Notes under the pieces: model-generated | The model's input: the letters and a program-made list of their open reading frames with translations, nothing else | Told to the model about the DNA's origin: nothing | The model's database searches: none | Origin: a virus | Taxonomy: Duplodnaviria; Caudoviricetes | Direction: 5' to 3' (one strand) | Virus record (IMG/VR): IMGVR_UViG_3300015214_000026 | Coordinates: 64,001 to 128,000 of that record | DNA: 64,000 nucleotides | Shown here: piece after piece, positions 8,968 through 18,570 of the stretch | Layout of the letters: each line of letters starts with the position of its first letter | How positions within the stretch are numbered: position 1 is the first letter of the stretch | Program-made: the position numbers and the translations under genes

Positions 8968-9329
8968 ATAAAGAAGATTTTATACGAAAATGGTATAATA
9001 GCTTTCCTGAAAATATAGAACCCTATGAAATACAGCAAAATATAATAGAAGATCATATCAGAGATTTCGAGGAAGGGGACATAGCGGATAGGCTGTTTAA
9101 ATTCAAAAGCTATAAGAAACAAATTGTATTTTTAGCTAAAATACGTGGTGGTCAATGGAATATTAATGAACAAAAGGTAGCTAGATTCAAAAATAAAATT
9201 TTGAACAATGAAATCCCGTTTCCCATTGTGTATGATAAGCGTAAAGCTAGTATAATAGACGGTTCTCATAGATATGAAGCATTTAAAGAATTAAATTTTG
9301 AACAAGTAGTTTGCTATATAGGACAGTAA
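8964..9329 (+). CDS. ParB/Srx N-terminal-domain-like protein
   Basis: PIV...IIDGSHRYEA motif. Confidence 0.8.
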   Translation: MNKEDFIRKWYNSFPENIEPYEIQQNIIEDHIRDFEEGDIADRLFKFKSYKKQIVFLAKIRGGQWNINEQKVARFKNKILNNEIPFPIVYDKRKASIIDGSHRYEAFKELNFEQVVCYIGQ

Positions 9330-9350
9330 TGTAATTAAGTCACAATTTTC

Positions 9351-9376
9351 AAAAGGGTCGGATTTCCGGCCTTTTT
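9351..9376 (+). terminator. Intrinsic terminator
   Basis: AAAAGGGTCGG-attt-CCGGCCTTTTT stem-loop with U tract. Confidence 0.7.
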
Positions 9377-9425
9377 GTATTTTGTGCCCAATGGTAAAAT
9401 ATAATTAAAGACGGGGTTTAACAAC

Positions 9426-10298
9426 ATGTATTACGGCAAACTTGGCTTAGTAGACTACACAAAATGTGGCTATAGAAAACTTAAAGATGAAGATTTTCTT
9501 AGCTATTATAACTACCCTATTTTCTCAAATGAGGTAGAAACGATTGTTAAATCGTGTAAGAGGAACATCTTTTCGGTGTATTCCTCCATTTGGCGTATGA
9601 TTGCCAAGCCTATAATGGGTATCGAGCATCCCGATACATCGCATTTTGATAAAGTAAAGAGGCGAGTAGAAGCTGTTTATCTGGATGATTTGCTTCCAAA
9701 TGTACTGTATGACAAAGCTTGGAAAGACAATTATTTAGAAATATTTAAGGCTATTACATTTGAATTAAAGCAACTTGGTTCTGTATGTCGGAATGCGTCT
9801 ATCCGATTTGTAATTTGCCTTCCTAAAGATGTTAAACTAGACTCATACATAGCTAAAATCCTGTTGAAACTGTGGGATACGTTGGGTTATCCTAAATCAA
9901 ATCCAAATACTGTCGTTTCGTATAGGTTTTTTATACATTCGTCATCTTTACCAAAAGATTTAGGGCAAGCGGTTGGTTTGTTAAGTAGACTACCTAAATT
10001 GCATGATAAGCTATGTATTATAGCCGATGATAAAAATCTGTATTCTGTAATGCGTATTTGTAAAGAGTTTAAATACAAAATACGTCCATCCTTTGATATC
10101 GAAATACATAAAGATAAAAAGAATAAACGCATAGGTATTAAGTCTAAAGAATGGACAGTATTCGAAAACTTCTGGCGTTCCGATAAGAACGGTAGCGTAT
10201 TCCTTCCTGTAGTATTTTGCTCAAGAGACATTGAAGCTGAAGGAACAGAAAAATTACTTAGGCACTATGTAAGAAGAGCTTCAGTTGTATTTTACTAG
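9426..10298 (+). CDS. Divergent UV-damage endonuclease (UvsE/UVDE)-like TIM-barrel protein, probably inactive
   Basis: Colinear similarity to recalled UvsE blocks: ELKQLG..IRF, LWDTLG, FIHSS, RLP...LCIIADDK, PSFDIEIH. Confidence 0.55.
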   Translation: MYYGKLGLVDYTKCGYRKLKDEDFLSYYNYPIFSNEVETIVKSCKRNIFSVYSSIWRMIAKPIMGIEHPDTSHFDKVKRRVEAVYLDDLLPNVLYDKAWKDNYLEIFKAITFELKQLGSVCRNASIRFVICLPKDVKLDSYIAKILLKLWDTLGYPKSNPNTVVSYRFFIHSSSLPKDLGQAVGLLSRLPKLHDKLCIIADDKNLYSVMRICKEFKYKIRPSFDIEIHKDKKNKRIGIKSKEWTVFENFWRSDKNGSVFLPVVFCSRDIEAEGTEKLLRHYVRRASVVFY

Positions 10299-10304
10299 GA
10301 AAAG

Positions 10305-10871
10305 TTGAAAAAGATGATCGATAAAGAATCTATGGAAAAGCTAACAGAAGACGTAGTTGTTAGCGCAATTGTTGCTGTAGGCATGCACAATCAAATAGGT
10401 TTGTATGGCGGTTTACCTTGGAAGAATATACTAGAATTAACAGACATAACGCAGAAGGACTTAGCTAATTTCCGTAAAATGACTACAGATAGCGTTGTCG
10501 TAGTAGGCCGTAATACATGGCCGTCTGTATCACGTTTAGACAAAACCAATGGTCGAGATTTTCTTATCGACGGTTCGGATACTTATGTGCATAATGAAGA
10601 TTTAAAGTTTAAAATAGAAGTACCGTGGGATTTTTGGGTTCCTAAATACATTGCTAAAATTAGACATGATCGTGGTATAGGGAATAAGCAGATATGGATA
10701 GCTGGTGGTGCTAAAACATATCTAAAATGGCTTCCACATATTCATGATCTTCATGTGTTTGAAATACCTTATTATGGCCCCGCGGATACGTATCTACCAG
10801 AAGAAATGAGTATGCCTAACCTAGCTGAAAAGTATCCTAATATAAATGTGTTTGTTACTTCGTATTATTAA
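10305..10871 (+). CDS. folA: Dihydrofolate reductase
   Basis: AIVAV...IG..GGLPW, DLANFRKMT, VVVGRNTW, IWIAGG motifs. Confidence 0.9.
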   Translation: MKKMIDKESMEKLTEDVVVSAIVAVGMHNQIGLYGGLPWKNILELTDITQKDLANFRKMTTDSVVVVGRNTWPSVSRLDKTNGRDFLIDGSDTYVHNEDLKFKIEVPWDFWVPKYIAKIRHDRGIGNKQIWIAGGAKTYLKWLPHIHDLHVFEIPYYGPADTYLPEEMSMPNLAEKYPNINVFVTSYY

Positions 10872-10909
10872 CGAATCTCTACAATCAAATAAAAAGAGAA
10901 CATAGCAAC

Positions 10910-11995
10910 ATGAGCGAAAAAGACGCAAAATACAAAGTAGACACAAAGCTGCTTAGTGCTGCTATATCTAAGTGTCTATCAGTTATTTCATTAGGTGAAC
11001 GTAGCGATACTAACATTGTTACGCTTATCTTCTCTAAAAAGGGATTATCTATTGAAGCAATGAACTCAATCGCGGAGTTTAAAACAGAGCTTCCAGTAGA
11101 AATAATCGCGCCTGTAAAACATCAAGAAGTAAGTATTATTCCAGAGGTTCTTTTGTCCTATACCAAGGCGTATAAAGAGCTTAATTTATCCCCTAAGCAA
11201 GATAGGATGGTTGTTTCATCTAAGGGATTCAATGCCACTATTTTCTACGTAGGTAATCCAGAATTAGTTAATCGCAGAGAATTTAAAAATTCTGAAAACA
11301 TTTCAAGGGTAGCTAAAACTGCCAATGAAGTGTTATCGCTTGTTTCAGGTATGCGTAATCGTACAGATAGTCAAGCTCTTGGCGTTATAATGAATTGGGG
11401 TTCCAATAAGATGGAGCTATCAATTGGTGATACTCATCACGCTATTGTAGTGGACGCAGAAGTAAAAATCAAATCTTCCAATACGCTAACTACAACACTG
11501 CCTAATCTACAAAACATCATGAGCGTAGGTGGTACATTTGCTGCTACCGATGATAGATTTTACGCCTATTCAGACACTGATTACCTAGCTATTTCTAATA
11601 AGACAGAAAACATGTTCCTGGCGGACATGGCCAGATCAGTTATCGAAAGTGGTAAGAGAACCACAAAGTTTTCTGTTAATACAGAAAAACTTAAATCAGT
11701 TATAGATACTTTGACAGGAGCCGTGACAGAAACAGAAGTTCTTACTTTCAATATCGAAGATAAAACCTGTCTTATTTCCAGTAATACCAATATAGGTAAT
11801 GCTAAAGCTTCAATTAAAATAGATAATTTTAAAGGCAAATCTACCAAGATAAAAGTAGCTATTCATCATTTGAAGGATTGTATTTCTTCTATGAAAGAAA
11901 AGACTATCAATGTATCAGTAATGCAGAATATGTTCTTGATGGAAAGCAAATCTAAAGAAATAAAGATCACCGCAGCTTTGACCGCGATTGGTTAA
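10910..11995 (+). CDS. DNA polymerase III beta-clamp-like sliding clamp
   Basis: 361 aa with a repeated beta-alpha-beta pattern; lies in the replication cluster before the polymerase. Confidence 0.65.
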   Translation: MSEKDAKYKVDTKLLSAAISKCLSVISLGERSDTNIVTLIFSKKGLSIEAMNSIAEFKTELPVEIIAPVKHQEVSIIPEVLLSYTKAYKELNLSPKQDRMVVSSKGFNATIFYVGNPELVNRREFKNSENISRVAKTANEVLSLVSGMRNRTDSQALGVIMNWGSNKMELSIGDTHHAIVVDAEVKIKSSNTLTTTLPNLQNIMSVGGTFAATDDRFYAYSDTDYLAISNKTENMFLADMARSVIESGKRTTKFSVNTEKLKSVIDTLTGAVTETEVLTFNIEDKTCLISSNTNIGNAKASIKIDNFKGKSTKIKVAIHHLKDCISSMKEKTINVSVMQNMFLMESKSKEIKITAALTAIG

Positions 11996-11999
11996 GTCT

Positions 12000-12416
12000 A
12001 TGGAATTAAATAAGCTTTTCTTTGAAAAAGAAAGAATATTAACCTATCCAGAGAAGACTTTTACGCCTTTATTAATGAAAATAGGGTTAGAGCATCCTAT
12101 TTTGTTTTTATCCAGCAAAAGCAAAGTGGATAGTTCTAGTTATTTCAATCTAGACACTATTGAAGAGCGTAATTATACAATAAATGTTGTGTCTTCTAAT
12201 GGGTTTGTTATACTCTATGTCGTAAACATAAAAGCCCCTTATTTTAATGTATTAAACAATGGGCTATTAATTCGTAATAGAAAGAAATGGGACGAAAAAA
12301 CAGATACAGAGGGTGTAGCTACTCGATACACATTTGAAGACTTCACCGTAGTTTCTAATAAAAATCAATCCAGTGAAATATTTTGTAGAAGTATTGCATC
12401 GGAGCAGAAAACATGA
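12000..12416 (+). CDS. Hypothetical protein
   Basis: Packed ORF between clamp and polymerase. Confidence 0.7.
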   Translation: MELNKLFFEKERILTYPEKTFTPLLMKIGLEHPILFLSSKSKVDSSSYFNLDTIEERNYTINVVSSNGFVILYVVNIKAPYFNVLNNGLLIRNRKKWDEKTDTEGVATRYTFEDFTVVSNKNQSSEIFCRSIASEQKT

Positions 12417-12880
12417 TTAAAGGATTTTATCACGGGAAAGGTAAAGTAGCCACCATAATTAATCATATTAATACCACTAGAAGTGCTGAGGCGTATTCAA
12501 TAAAATACAAGAGTGTAGAAGATTTCTACATTTTATTGAGAGATGTATTAAAAGACGCTGATAAATCTCAAGCTAGATACGCTATACCGCATAGAATATT
12601 ACAGGGGTTTGTTGATACTTATTATGTATTAAAAGTGCTTGAAACTTGGGGTTTTAGGCCAGACGAGTATAGGGCTTATTGGTATAGATCACCTGATAAT
12701 TTATCCGCTACGCCATATGAAATTGTAAGCGGCCGCTATACTAGAGATAGTGTATTAGTAGTAAACAATACTATAGAAGGTGGTGTTAAAGATAACCTAT
12801 ATATTGTGCGTAATCTATATAAAGACGTGCTTACCGTTACTGATAGCCTCACAGAGGCTGAAAGGTATATGACGCTGTGA
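12413..12880 (+). CDS. Hypothetical protein
   Basis: ATGA and GTGA overlaps at the two ends. Confidence 0.75.
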   Translation: MIKGFYHGKGKVATIINHINTTRSAEAYSIKYKSVEDFYILLRDVLKDADKSQARYAIPHRILQGFVDTYYVLKVLETWGFRPDEYRAYWYRSPDNLSATPYEIVSGRYTRDSVLVVNNTIEGGVKDNLYIVRNLYKDVLTVTDSLTEAERYMTL

Positions 12881-15735
12881 AATCTCCAAAGATTAGTAAT
12901 AAGACTATAAAAGTAGATGGTCAAAAGCTGAAGCAATACATTGTTCAGTTTGGAGAGAACGCTAAAAAGACAATATTGATATTAGACCATTGGTTTAATC
13001 TAAGTCATGATATCCATAGGTCTACTTTTGCTAATCTTTGTTACGAAGTGTGTAAAGCCGAGCGTAAAAACGCTCGTTTTGTATATCAGGAGCTGGGTTC
13101 TACGAACGAATCCGGCATTAGCCGTATTATAGCCAATGTTAAGCCAGATGGAATAGTATTCGTACACCAAACTCCGTTCAATCGTATTAATTTAAATCCA
13201 TTGGAATATTTTGGATTTGTTAGAAATTGGCAAAATATCCCTACTATTTTGTCTACACCGTTTAGAGAATGGTCTAAAACAGAGGGTTTTGAGAAGGGGG
13301 AATCAGGCAAATCTCTTATAGGGTTTAATTTAAAACATATTCAATGTGCATTTAGAGGTAGTAATTATTTTTCTCCTATTACTGGCGAAGATTTAGACTA
13401 TAAACTTAGAATTATTAGATCGATCGAGCAATTTGATAAATTCTATAAAGTACTATCTAATCAAAGTTTAGTTGCTTTGGATGTTGAGAGCGCTAATCTA
13501 AACAGAACAGTTAATACGCTGTTCACTATTCAGTTTGGGTTACAACTATCTAATAAAAAGATAGCTTATGTTCTTCCTTGGAAACAAAAAGATCATTTAT
13601 GGTCTGACAAGGAGTTAAAATACATAAAGCGTAAACTACAAAAATTTTTTAGTAGAGAAGAAGTGGAGTGTATATTTCATTTTGGTCAGTTCGATATTGG
13701 ACAAATTAGCGTTAATTTAGAGCTACCATTCTTCCCATGTAAGGTATGGGATACTATTGGTGGTGAATTTGCTGTTGATGAAAACTATAAAGCTTGTGAA
13801 AAAATAATTGATCTACCTAACGGTGGTTCTTATAAGCCATATGCGTTAGAATATGTAGAACATAGATACGGCATATTCCGCTCAGAAGGCATCGTAATTA
13901 ACAAGGAAGATAGAGCCAATATGGCTAAATTTTCACTTGATGAGATAGCTGAATACGGCGCGATCGACGTAATTAATCTTCTTGAAATACGCAAGCGACA
14001 GATAGAACAATCTACAGAGAAATTTATAGGATATAAGTCTAAGAACAACTATAAGAATCTAGTAGTTAATCAGCTAGGAATGATGATTTCCACATTCTCT
14101 ATGCTAATGGACACGGGTATTTATATAGATTTGGATAACGCAAAGGAATTAACTAAATCGGGCAGTATTTTCGATAAAACAGTTGAAGGCATTAAAGATT
14201 CTGTATTAAATACAAAGTCTGGTAAGAAAGCCAACAATCGTATAATGCGTAGGATGGGTATTAACCCATCAGGAGGGATGTTTTCATCACAAAAAGCAGA
14301 TGTTTTATCTCTAACTAAACCCGCCCATTTAAGAACATTGTTCTTTGATGTAATGAAATTAGAGCCAACTAAGACTGGCAAATCCGGCGAGCCGTCTACA
14401 GATAAGAGTTTTCAAAAGACTTATAAACATATTAAAGAAGTAAAATTATTTTCTCACTTTAATAAAACAAAAATTCTTAAATCCACTTTTGCTGAAGGTA
14501 TTATTAAGAGGTACAAAGAAGACGCTGATTTCCAAAATGACGGTAGACTTAGACCATTTTTCGGGTTTACAAAGGTTTTGCCCGGCCGTATTTCAGTTGT
14601 TAGGCCGAACTCACAGAATATTGCTACTCACGCGGATAAAGAGTTTGAACTTCACAAAGATTTGATTAAAGGAATCAAAGGCAATTTCTCTGTAAAGTTT
14701 GGTAGAGTTATGCTGGGTTCTGACTTCTCAGCGCATGAAATTCGAATGACTGGTGTTATTGCTAAAGATAAAACAGTTAGGAAAACTTTTATTCTAGCTA
14801 ATAACGCTATCAAACAATTTCGTCTAGCCAATATGGATAAATTGGAAGAGGCGAAGAAGATATTAGAACGTGAAGGCGACATTCATATTTTGAATGTCAG
14901 ATTTTTCTTCAAAAAGAACGTTGATAAGAAGCATGTTCTTAGACAACAGATTAAGCAGGTAGTTTTTGGTGTTTTATACGGTAAAATGGCTAAGGCTCTA
15001 GCTAAAGAACTTGGAATAGATGAAGATGAAGCTAAGAATCTTATCGATATTCTATTTGAGCGTTGGGATGGTGTAGCCAATTGGATTGAAAATACTCATA
15101 GAACAGGTAAAGAAACCTTTATGGTTCATTACCCTAATCATCGTATTCGTCATCTATGGGCGTATATGCATGATGATATTTGGGTTGAACGAGCTATGGA
15201 TAGGCGGGCAGTCAATAGCCCAATTCAAGGCTTTAGTTCTGATATCGGCATAGCATCGGTTTATTCTTCCAAGGAATGGACATTTAATAATATAACAAGG
15301 CGGGGTTATAATTTAGATAGTCTTCATACTAATATAGTCCATGATGCTCAATATAGTGATGTATTATATGAACATATGCCATTTGCTGTATATCTAGCTG
15401 AACATTCTATGTCTACACTGCCTATGAATTATTATAGAGAGAAATTTGATTTTGAAATATCCATTCCATTATCCTATGGAATGGAATTTGGTGCTAATTG
15501 GGCTAATCTTAACGAATGGGATTTCAGGCCAGAAACATTGTTGAGTATGCTAGAAAAAGAAGGTCAAAGATTAGAAAAATCTTCTAAAACTATAAATAGA
15601 GTGTTGGAAGACACCAAGTTCATGCTTAAAATACGTGAAAGTGAGCTTAAATCTGATCCTTATAGTATGAAAGTAGGGCATAATTCTATAAACGAAGTGT
15701 TTGAAGGTTTACACATGTTTAGGGCTCAATCATAG
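12877..15735 (+). CDS. Family A DNA polymerase with 3'-5' exonuclease and N-terminal extension
   Basis: ExoI LDVES, ExoII HFGQFD, ExoIII YGAID; motif A DFSAHEIR, motif B RQQIKQVVFGVLYG, motif C VHDA. Confidence 0.95.
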   Translation: MKSPKISNKTIKVDGQKLKQYIVQFGENAKKTILILDHWFNLSHDIHRSTFANLCYEVCKAERKNARFVYQELGSTNESGISRIIANVKPDGIVFVHQTPFNRINLNPLEYFGFVRNWQNIPTILSTPFREWSKTEGFEKGESGKSLIGFNLKHIQCAFRGSNYFSPITGEDLDYKLRIIRSIEQFDKFYKVLSNQSLVALDVESANLNRTVNTLFTIQFGLQLSNKKIAYVLPWKQKDHLWSDKELKYIKRKLQKFFSREEVECIFHFGQFDIGQISVNLELPFFPCKVWDTIGGEFAVDENYKACEKIIDLPNGGSYKPYALEYVEHRYGIFRSEGIVINKEDRANMAKFSLDEIAEYGAIDVINLLEIRKRQIEQSTEKFIGYKSKNNYKNLVVNQLGMMISTFSMLMDTGIYIDLDNAKELTKSGSIFDKTVEGIKDSVLNTKSGKKANNRIMRRMGINPSGGMFSSQKADVLSLTKPAHLRTLFFDVMKLEPTKTGKSGEPSTDKSFQKTYKHIKEVKLFSHFNKTKILKSTFAEGIIKRYKEDADFQNDGRLRPFFGFTKVLPGRISVVRPNSQNIATHADKEFELHKDLIKGIKGNFSVKFGRVMLGSDFSAHEIRMTGVIAKDKTVRKTFILANNAIKQFRLANMDKLEEAKKILEREGDIHILNVRFFFKKNVDKKHVLRQQIKQVVFGVLYGKMAKALAKELGIDEDEAKNLIDILFERWDGVANWIENTHRTGKETFMVHYPNHRIRHLWAYMHDDIWVERAMDRRAVNSPIQGFSSDIGIASVYSSKEWTFNNITRRGYNLDSLHTNIVHDAQYSDVLYEHMPFAVYLAEHSMSTLPMNYYREKFDFEISIPLSYGMEFGANWANLNEWDFRPETLLSMLEKEGQRLEKSSKTINRVLEDTKFMLKIRESELKSDPYSMKVGHNSINEVFEGLHMFRAQS

Positions 15736-15830
15736 CTTGTGGTAAATTAGTATAGAAGGAGTTTACACAAAGCGATCGAAAAAGTCTAATACGAAAAAAT
15801 AATACAATATCCTCTTATCATGCGGAAAGT

Positions 15831-16877
15831 ATGATGCTTAACAAGTTCGCTTTTATGGAAGAAAAATACAATATACCACCGTCTAACCAACTAAGAAACA
15901 TGTGGAGGCTGTGGAGAAGTAATAAGATACTTCCGAATGAGTATTTTGATTTACGTCTAGTTAATGATGATATGTTTAATTATATAGGGTTGATTAAATC
16001 TAAGGAGATTTGGAATAAGTATAATACTAATAAAGAAGCAGCAGCCTATATTAATAACAAATGGAAGTTTTATCACAAGTTTCCTGATTTGCCTGTTCCA
16101 GAAACTACATTGCTGACTTTTGATAATCTAAATGAGCAAATTGTTGAGGTATACGAACTATCTAGACATACAGACTTGTTCTTTAAACCAATAGACGGAT
16201 ACGGCGGCCAAGGCGCATTCAAAATTACTAGCAAGCATGTTAAGAGAAATGTAGAGGATATACTTTTAAGGAAGTATTCTAGAGGTTACGTGTATCAAAA
16301 GGCTTTAAAACCTCATTTTGATATGGCTAAGTTTACAGACTCCCGCGGTATTGGCGCCTTACGGATTATTACCTTAGTTAGACAGCCGGATAACATTGAA
16401 ATCATAGGTGCTTTTACTAAATTTGTAGGTTCAGGCAACATTACAGATTATACATCGAATCCAGGCAATTACCTAGTCGGTGTTGATATAACCAATTGGT
16501 CGCTGACTTATGCTATGACTAATAGTGGATTGGAATCGAAATCGTACACAAGTCTAAATAATCATGATATATATGGACATGAAATACCAGTAGGCGTAGA
16601 TTTTGATGAAGAAATCTATAGATGGGTTAGCGTTGTACATAACAATTTGAAGTTAGAAACCTCGTTAATTGGGTGGGACATAGCAGTAACCAACGAAGGC
16701 ATCTATTGTTTAGAAGCTAACCTGAAGCCGGGTTTTGCTTCTTTACAGAAGGCTGACGAGAAAGGATACTTAAATGTTTTTGAATATAAAAATTGTGTAT
16801 ATCCTGATTATCCTAACACTAAGTGTGTTACTAAGAAAGATCTCACAACTTCTTGGAAACCACGCGGAAAACCTTAA
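15831..16877 (+). CDS. ATP-grasp ligase, sugar-transfer-associated (ATPgrasp_ST-like)
   Basis: NKWKFY...P.PET, FKPIDGYGGQG, LRIITL, IGWDIAVT, LEAN.KPG. Confidence 0.8.
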   Translation: MMLNKFAFMEEKYNIPPSNQLRNMWRLWRSNKILPNEYFDLRLVNDDMFNYIGLIKSKEIWNKYNTNKEAAAYINNKWKFYHKFPDLPVPETTLLTFDNLNEQIVEVYELSRHTDLFFKPIDGYGGQGAFKITSKHVKRNVEDILLRKYSRGYVYQKALKPHFDMAKFTDSRGIGALRIITLVRQPDNIEIIGAFTKFVGSGNITDYTSNPGNYLVGVDITNWSLTYAMTNSGLESKSYTSLNNHDIYGHEIPVGVDFDEEIYRWVSVVHNNLKLETSLIGWDIAVTNEGIYCLEANLKPGFASLQKADEKGYLNVFEYKNCVYPDYPNTKCVTKKDLTTSWKPRGKP

Positions 16878-16928
16878 TTCTAGGATGATAAATAGAGAAT
16901 TATCCAGCAATATGAAGGAAAATATATC

Positions 16929-17480
16929 ATGATTATTGCATTAACTGGTGATCGATTAGTAGGTAAATCGTCTGTAGCTAATCATCTTACACATAACCAT
17001 GGCTTCATACGTGTACACCCGTTTGATGGTGGTAAGCAAATGTGTAAAGCTTATTACGTTTATCATGGATTTAGTGAAGAAGACGCTGAAAGAATGATAA
17101 ACGGCGATCTTAAAGATACGCCAATGGAAGATTTGCCTTATGGGCAATCTTCTAGATATTTCATGGAAGAAGTAGGTAAATTTATTCCTACTTTAGGCTT
17201 AGATTGGACACTTGGGGCGGAAATTAAACGTGTCCATAGAATGTATGGGGACGTAGATATAGTAATTGAGTCGCTGGTATACGAAGAATTTGTAGTTCGT
17301 GAGTATGTTAACTCAATGATTATTAGAATTGAAAGACCGGATGGGTATATAACAGGCATGCATTCGAGTGTAGCTGTTAATACTATTACGCCCGATATAA
17401 CTGTTCAAAACACTGGATCAATAGATATGTTGTATGCGGTGTTTGATGGCTTAGTTTTAGGGACTAGACAACATGTCTGA
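16929..17480 (+). CDS. Deoxynucleoside monophosphate kinase (T4 gp1-like)
   Basis: N-terminal MIIALTG..VGKSS; later IIRIERP, HSS, NTGSI.ML features. Confidence 0.8.
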   Translation: MIIALTGDRLVGKSSVANHLTHNHGFIRVHPFDGGKQMCKAYYVYHGFSEEDAERMINGDLKDTPMEDLPYGQSSRYFMEEVGKFIPTLGLDWTLGAEIKRVHRMYGDVDIVIESLVYEEFVVREYVNSMIIRIERPDGYITGMHSSVAVNTITPDITVQNTGSIDMLYAVFDGLVLGTRQHV

Positions 17481-17781
17481 TCCTATTCCAACACATGAAT
17501 TTAATCCTCCTCCTACTAATGATTCTGGCACTAACATAGTTAAACCTGTTAATCTAATCCCTTCATTTGTTGTCACAGAAAAAGCAACAGGAAATCTACG
17601 TTTAAAGAACGGTAGATTGCAAATGTGCTATCAAGTAGACTACGTAGATAGCACGACTAACGCTTATAATATATATTTAGAATGGCGTTATGTAGATGAA
17701 GTAGATGAATCGGCTCCTGATAAGGAAATATTACATCAATCAGATAATTGGAGATTCATAAATGAAGGTGACAAAAGTTAG
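17473..17781 (+). CDS. Hypothetical protein
   Basis: Overlapping coupling. Confidence 0.7.
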   Translation: MSDPIPTHEFNPPPTNDSGTNIVKPVNLIPSFVVTEKATGNLRLKNGRLQMCYQVDYVDSTTNAYNIYLEWRYVDEVDESAPDKEILHQSDNWRFINEGDKS

Positions 17782-17965
17782 TGTATCATTTGGTAGAACA
17801 GTTAATCCTAGGCAATATAATCCTGTTCGTACTGAAATGTATATAGAAGCAGAATTAAGTAAAGGCGAGGATGAACGTGAAATTAGGAAGAAGCTATTTA
17901 ATAGATTAAAGAAGGACGTTGATAAAATTTCAGAAAAGATTTTAGAGGATGAAAAAGAAGATTAA
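17762..17965 (+). CDS. Hypothetical protein
   Basis: SD GGAG. Confidence 0.7.
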   Translation: MKVTKVSVSFGRTVNPRQYNPVRTEMYIEAELSKGEDEREIRKKLFNRLKKDVDKISEKILEDEKED

Positions 17966-18119
17966 GAATTTATTTAACGCGCTATTTAAATCGCATAATA
18001 AACAAGTTCATAATACTTATATGCGTATAGAAGGTAAATGGTGTCGAGCTACTCGTGTAAAAATAAATGGGAAATATATAAATATCAAGGAAACAAGATA
18101 TGACGGAAGTGAAGATTAA
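17949..18119 (+). CDS. 56-aa basic hypothetical protein (below ORF-track cutoff)
   Basis: MKKKIKNLFN...RYDGSED; fills the intergenic gap. Confidence 0.5.
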   Translation: MKKKIKNLFNALFKSHNKQVHNTYMRIEGKWCRATRVKINGKYINIKETRYDGSED

Positions 18120-18164
18120 CCTATTGTGGAGCAGAATAATGGCTCCTAATCAACCAATATTACT

Positions 18165-18389
18165 ATGGGAAAGCAAATGTTAGAGAGTGAAAAGACTATT
18201 AATATAGTCTATACAAACTATAAAAACCTTACAGGTATTAGAAGGATCACACCTATTAAAATATGGTTTGGTTCTACAGCCTGGTATCCAGAAGAGCAAT
18301 GGCTACTTACCGGATACGATCATGACAAGGGCGCTTTAAGAGATTACGCCTTCTCCCATATTAAATCTTTTAATGTAGAAACTCCCTAA
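18165..18389 (+). CDS. Stand-alone WYL-domain protein
   Basis: I.Y.N..G.R.ITP..IWFG...QWLL.GYD.DKGA.RDY...I pattern; true start may be 18177. Confidence 0.8.
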   Translation: MGKQMLESEKTINIVYTNYKNLTGIRRITPIKIWFGSTAWYPEEQWLLTGYDHDKGALRDYAFSHIKSFNVETP

Positions 18390-18430
18390 TTCTCATATGG
18401 AATACATCATAACCCATATGAGAGGCTATA

Positions 18431-18565
18431 ATGTCTACTGGAATTAAAACACTGCTTATTATTTTATTGTTAGTAGGTTTAGTATATGGTATTTCTTATG
18501 TGTCAGAAAATTCTGACCTTGTGCTTATTAATTTACTTTCATTTGCTAATACATTTGTTAGGTAA
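18431..18565 (+). CDS. 44-aa single-TM membrane protein
   Basis: SD GAGG; MSTGIKTLLIILLLVGLVYGISYV... Confidence 0.6.
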   Translation: MSTGIKTLLIILLLVGLVYGISYVSENSDLVLINLLSFANTFVR

Positions 18566-18570
18566 CTATT

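Noticed and set aside
9392-15750. TGGTAAA[A/T]T upstream of 9426 and 15831 as a middle promoter
   Set aside because: Only two intergenic instances, and similar strings occur inside coding regions (for example near 3047)
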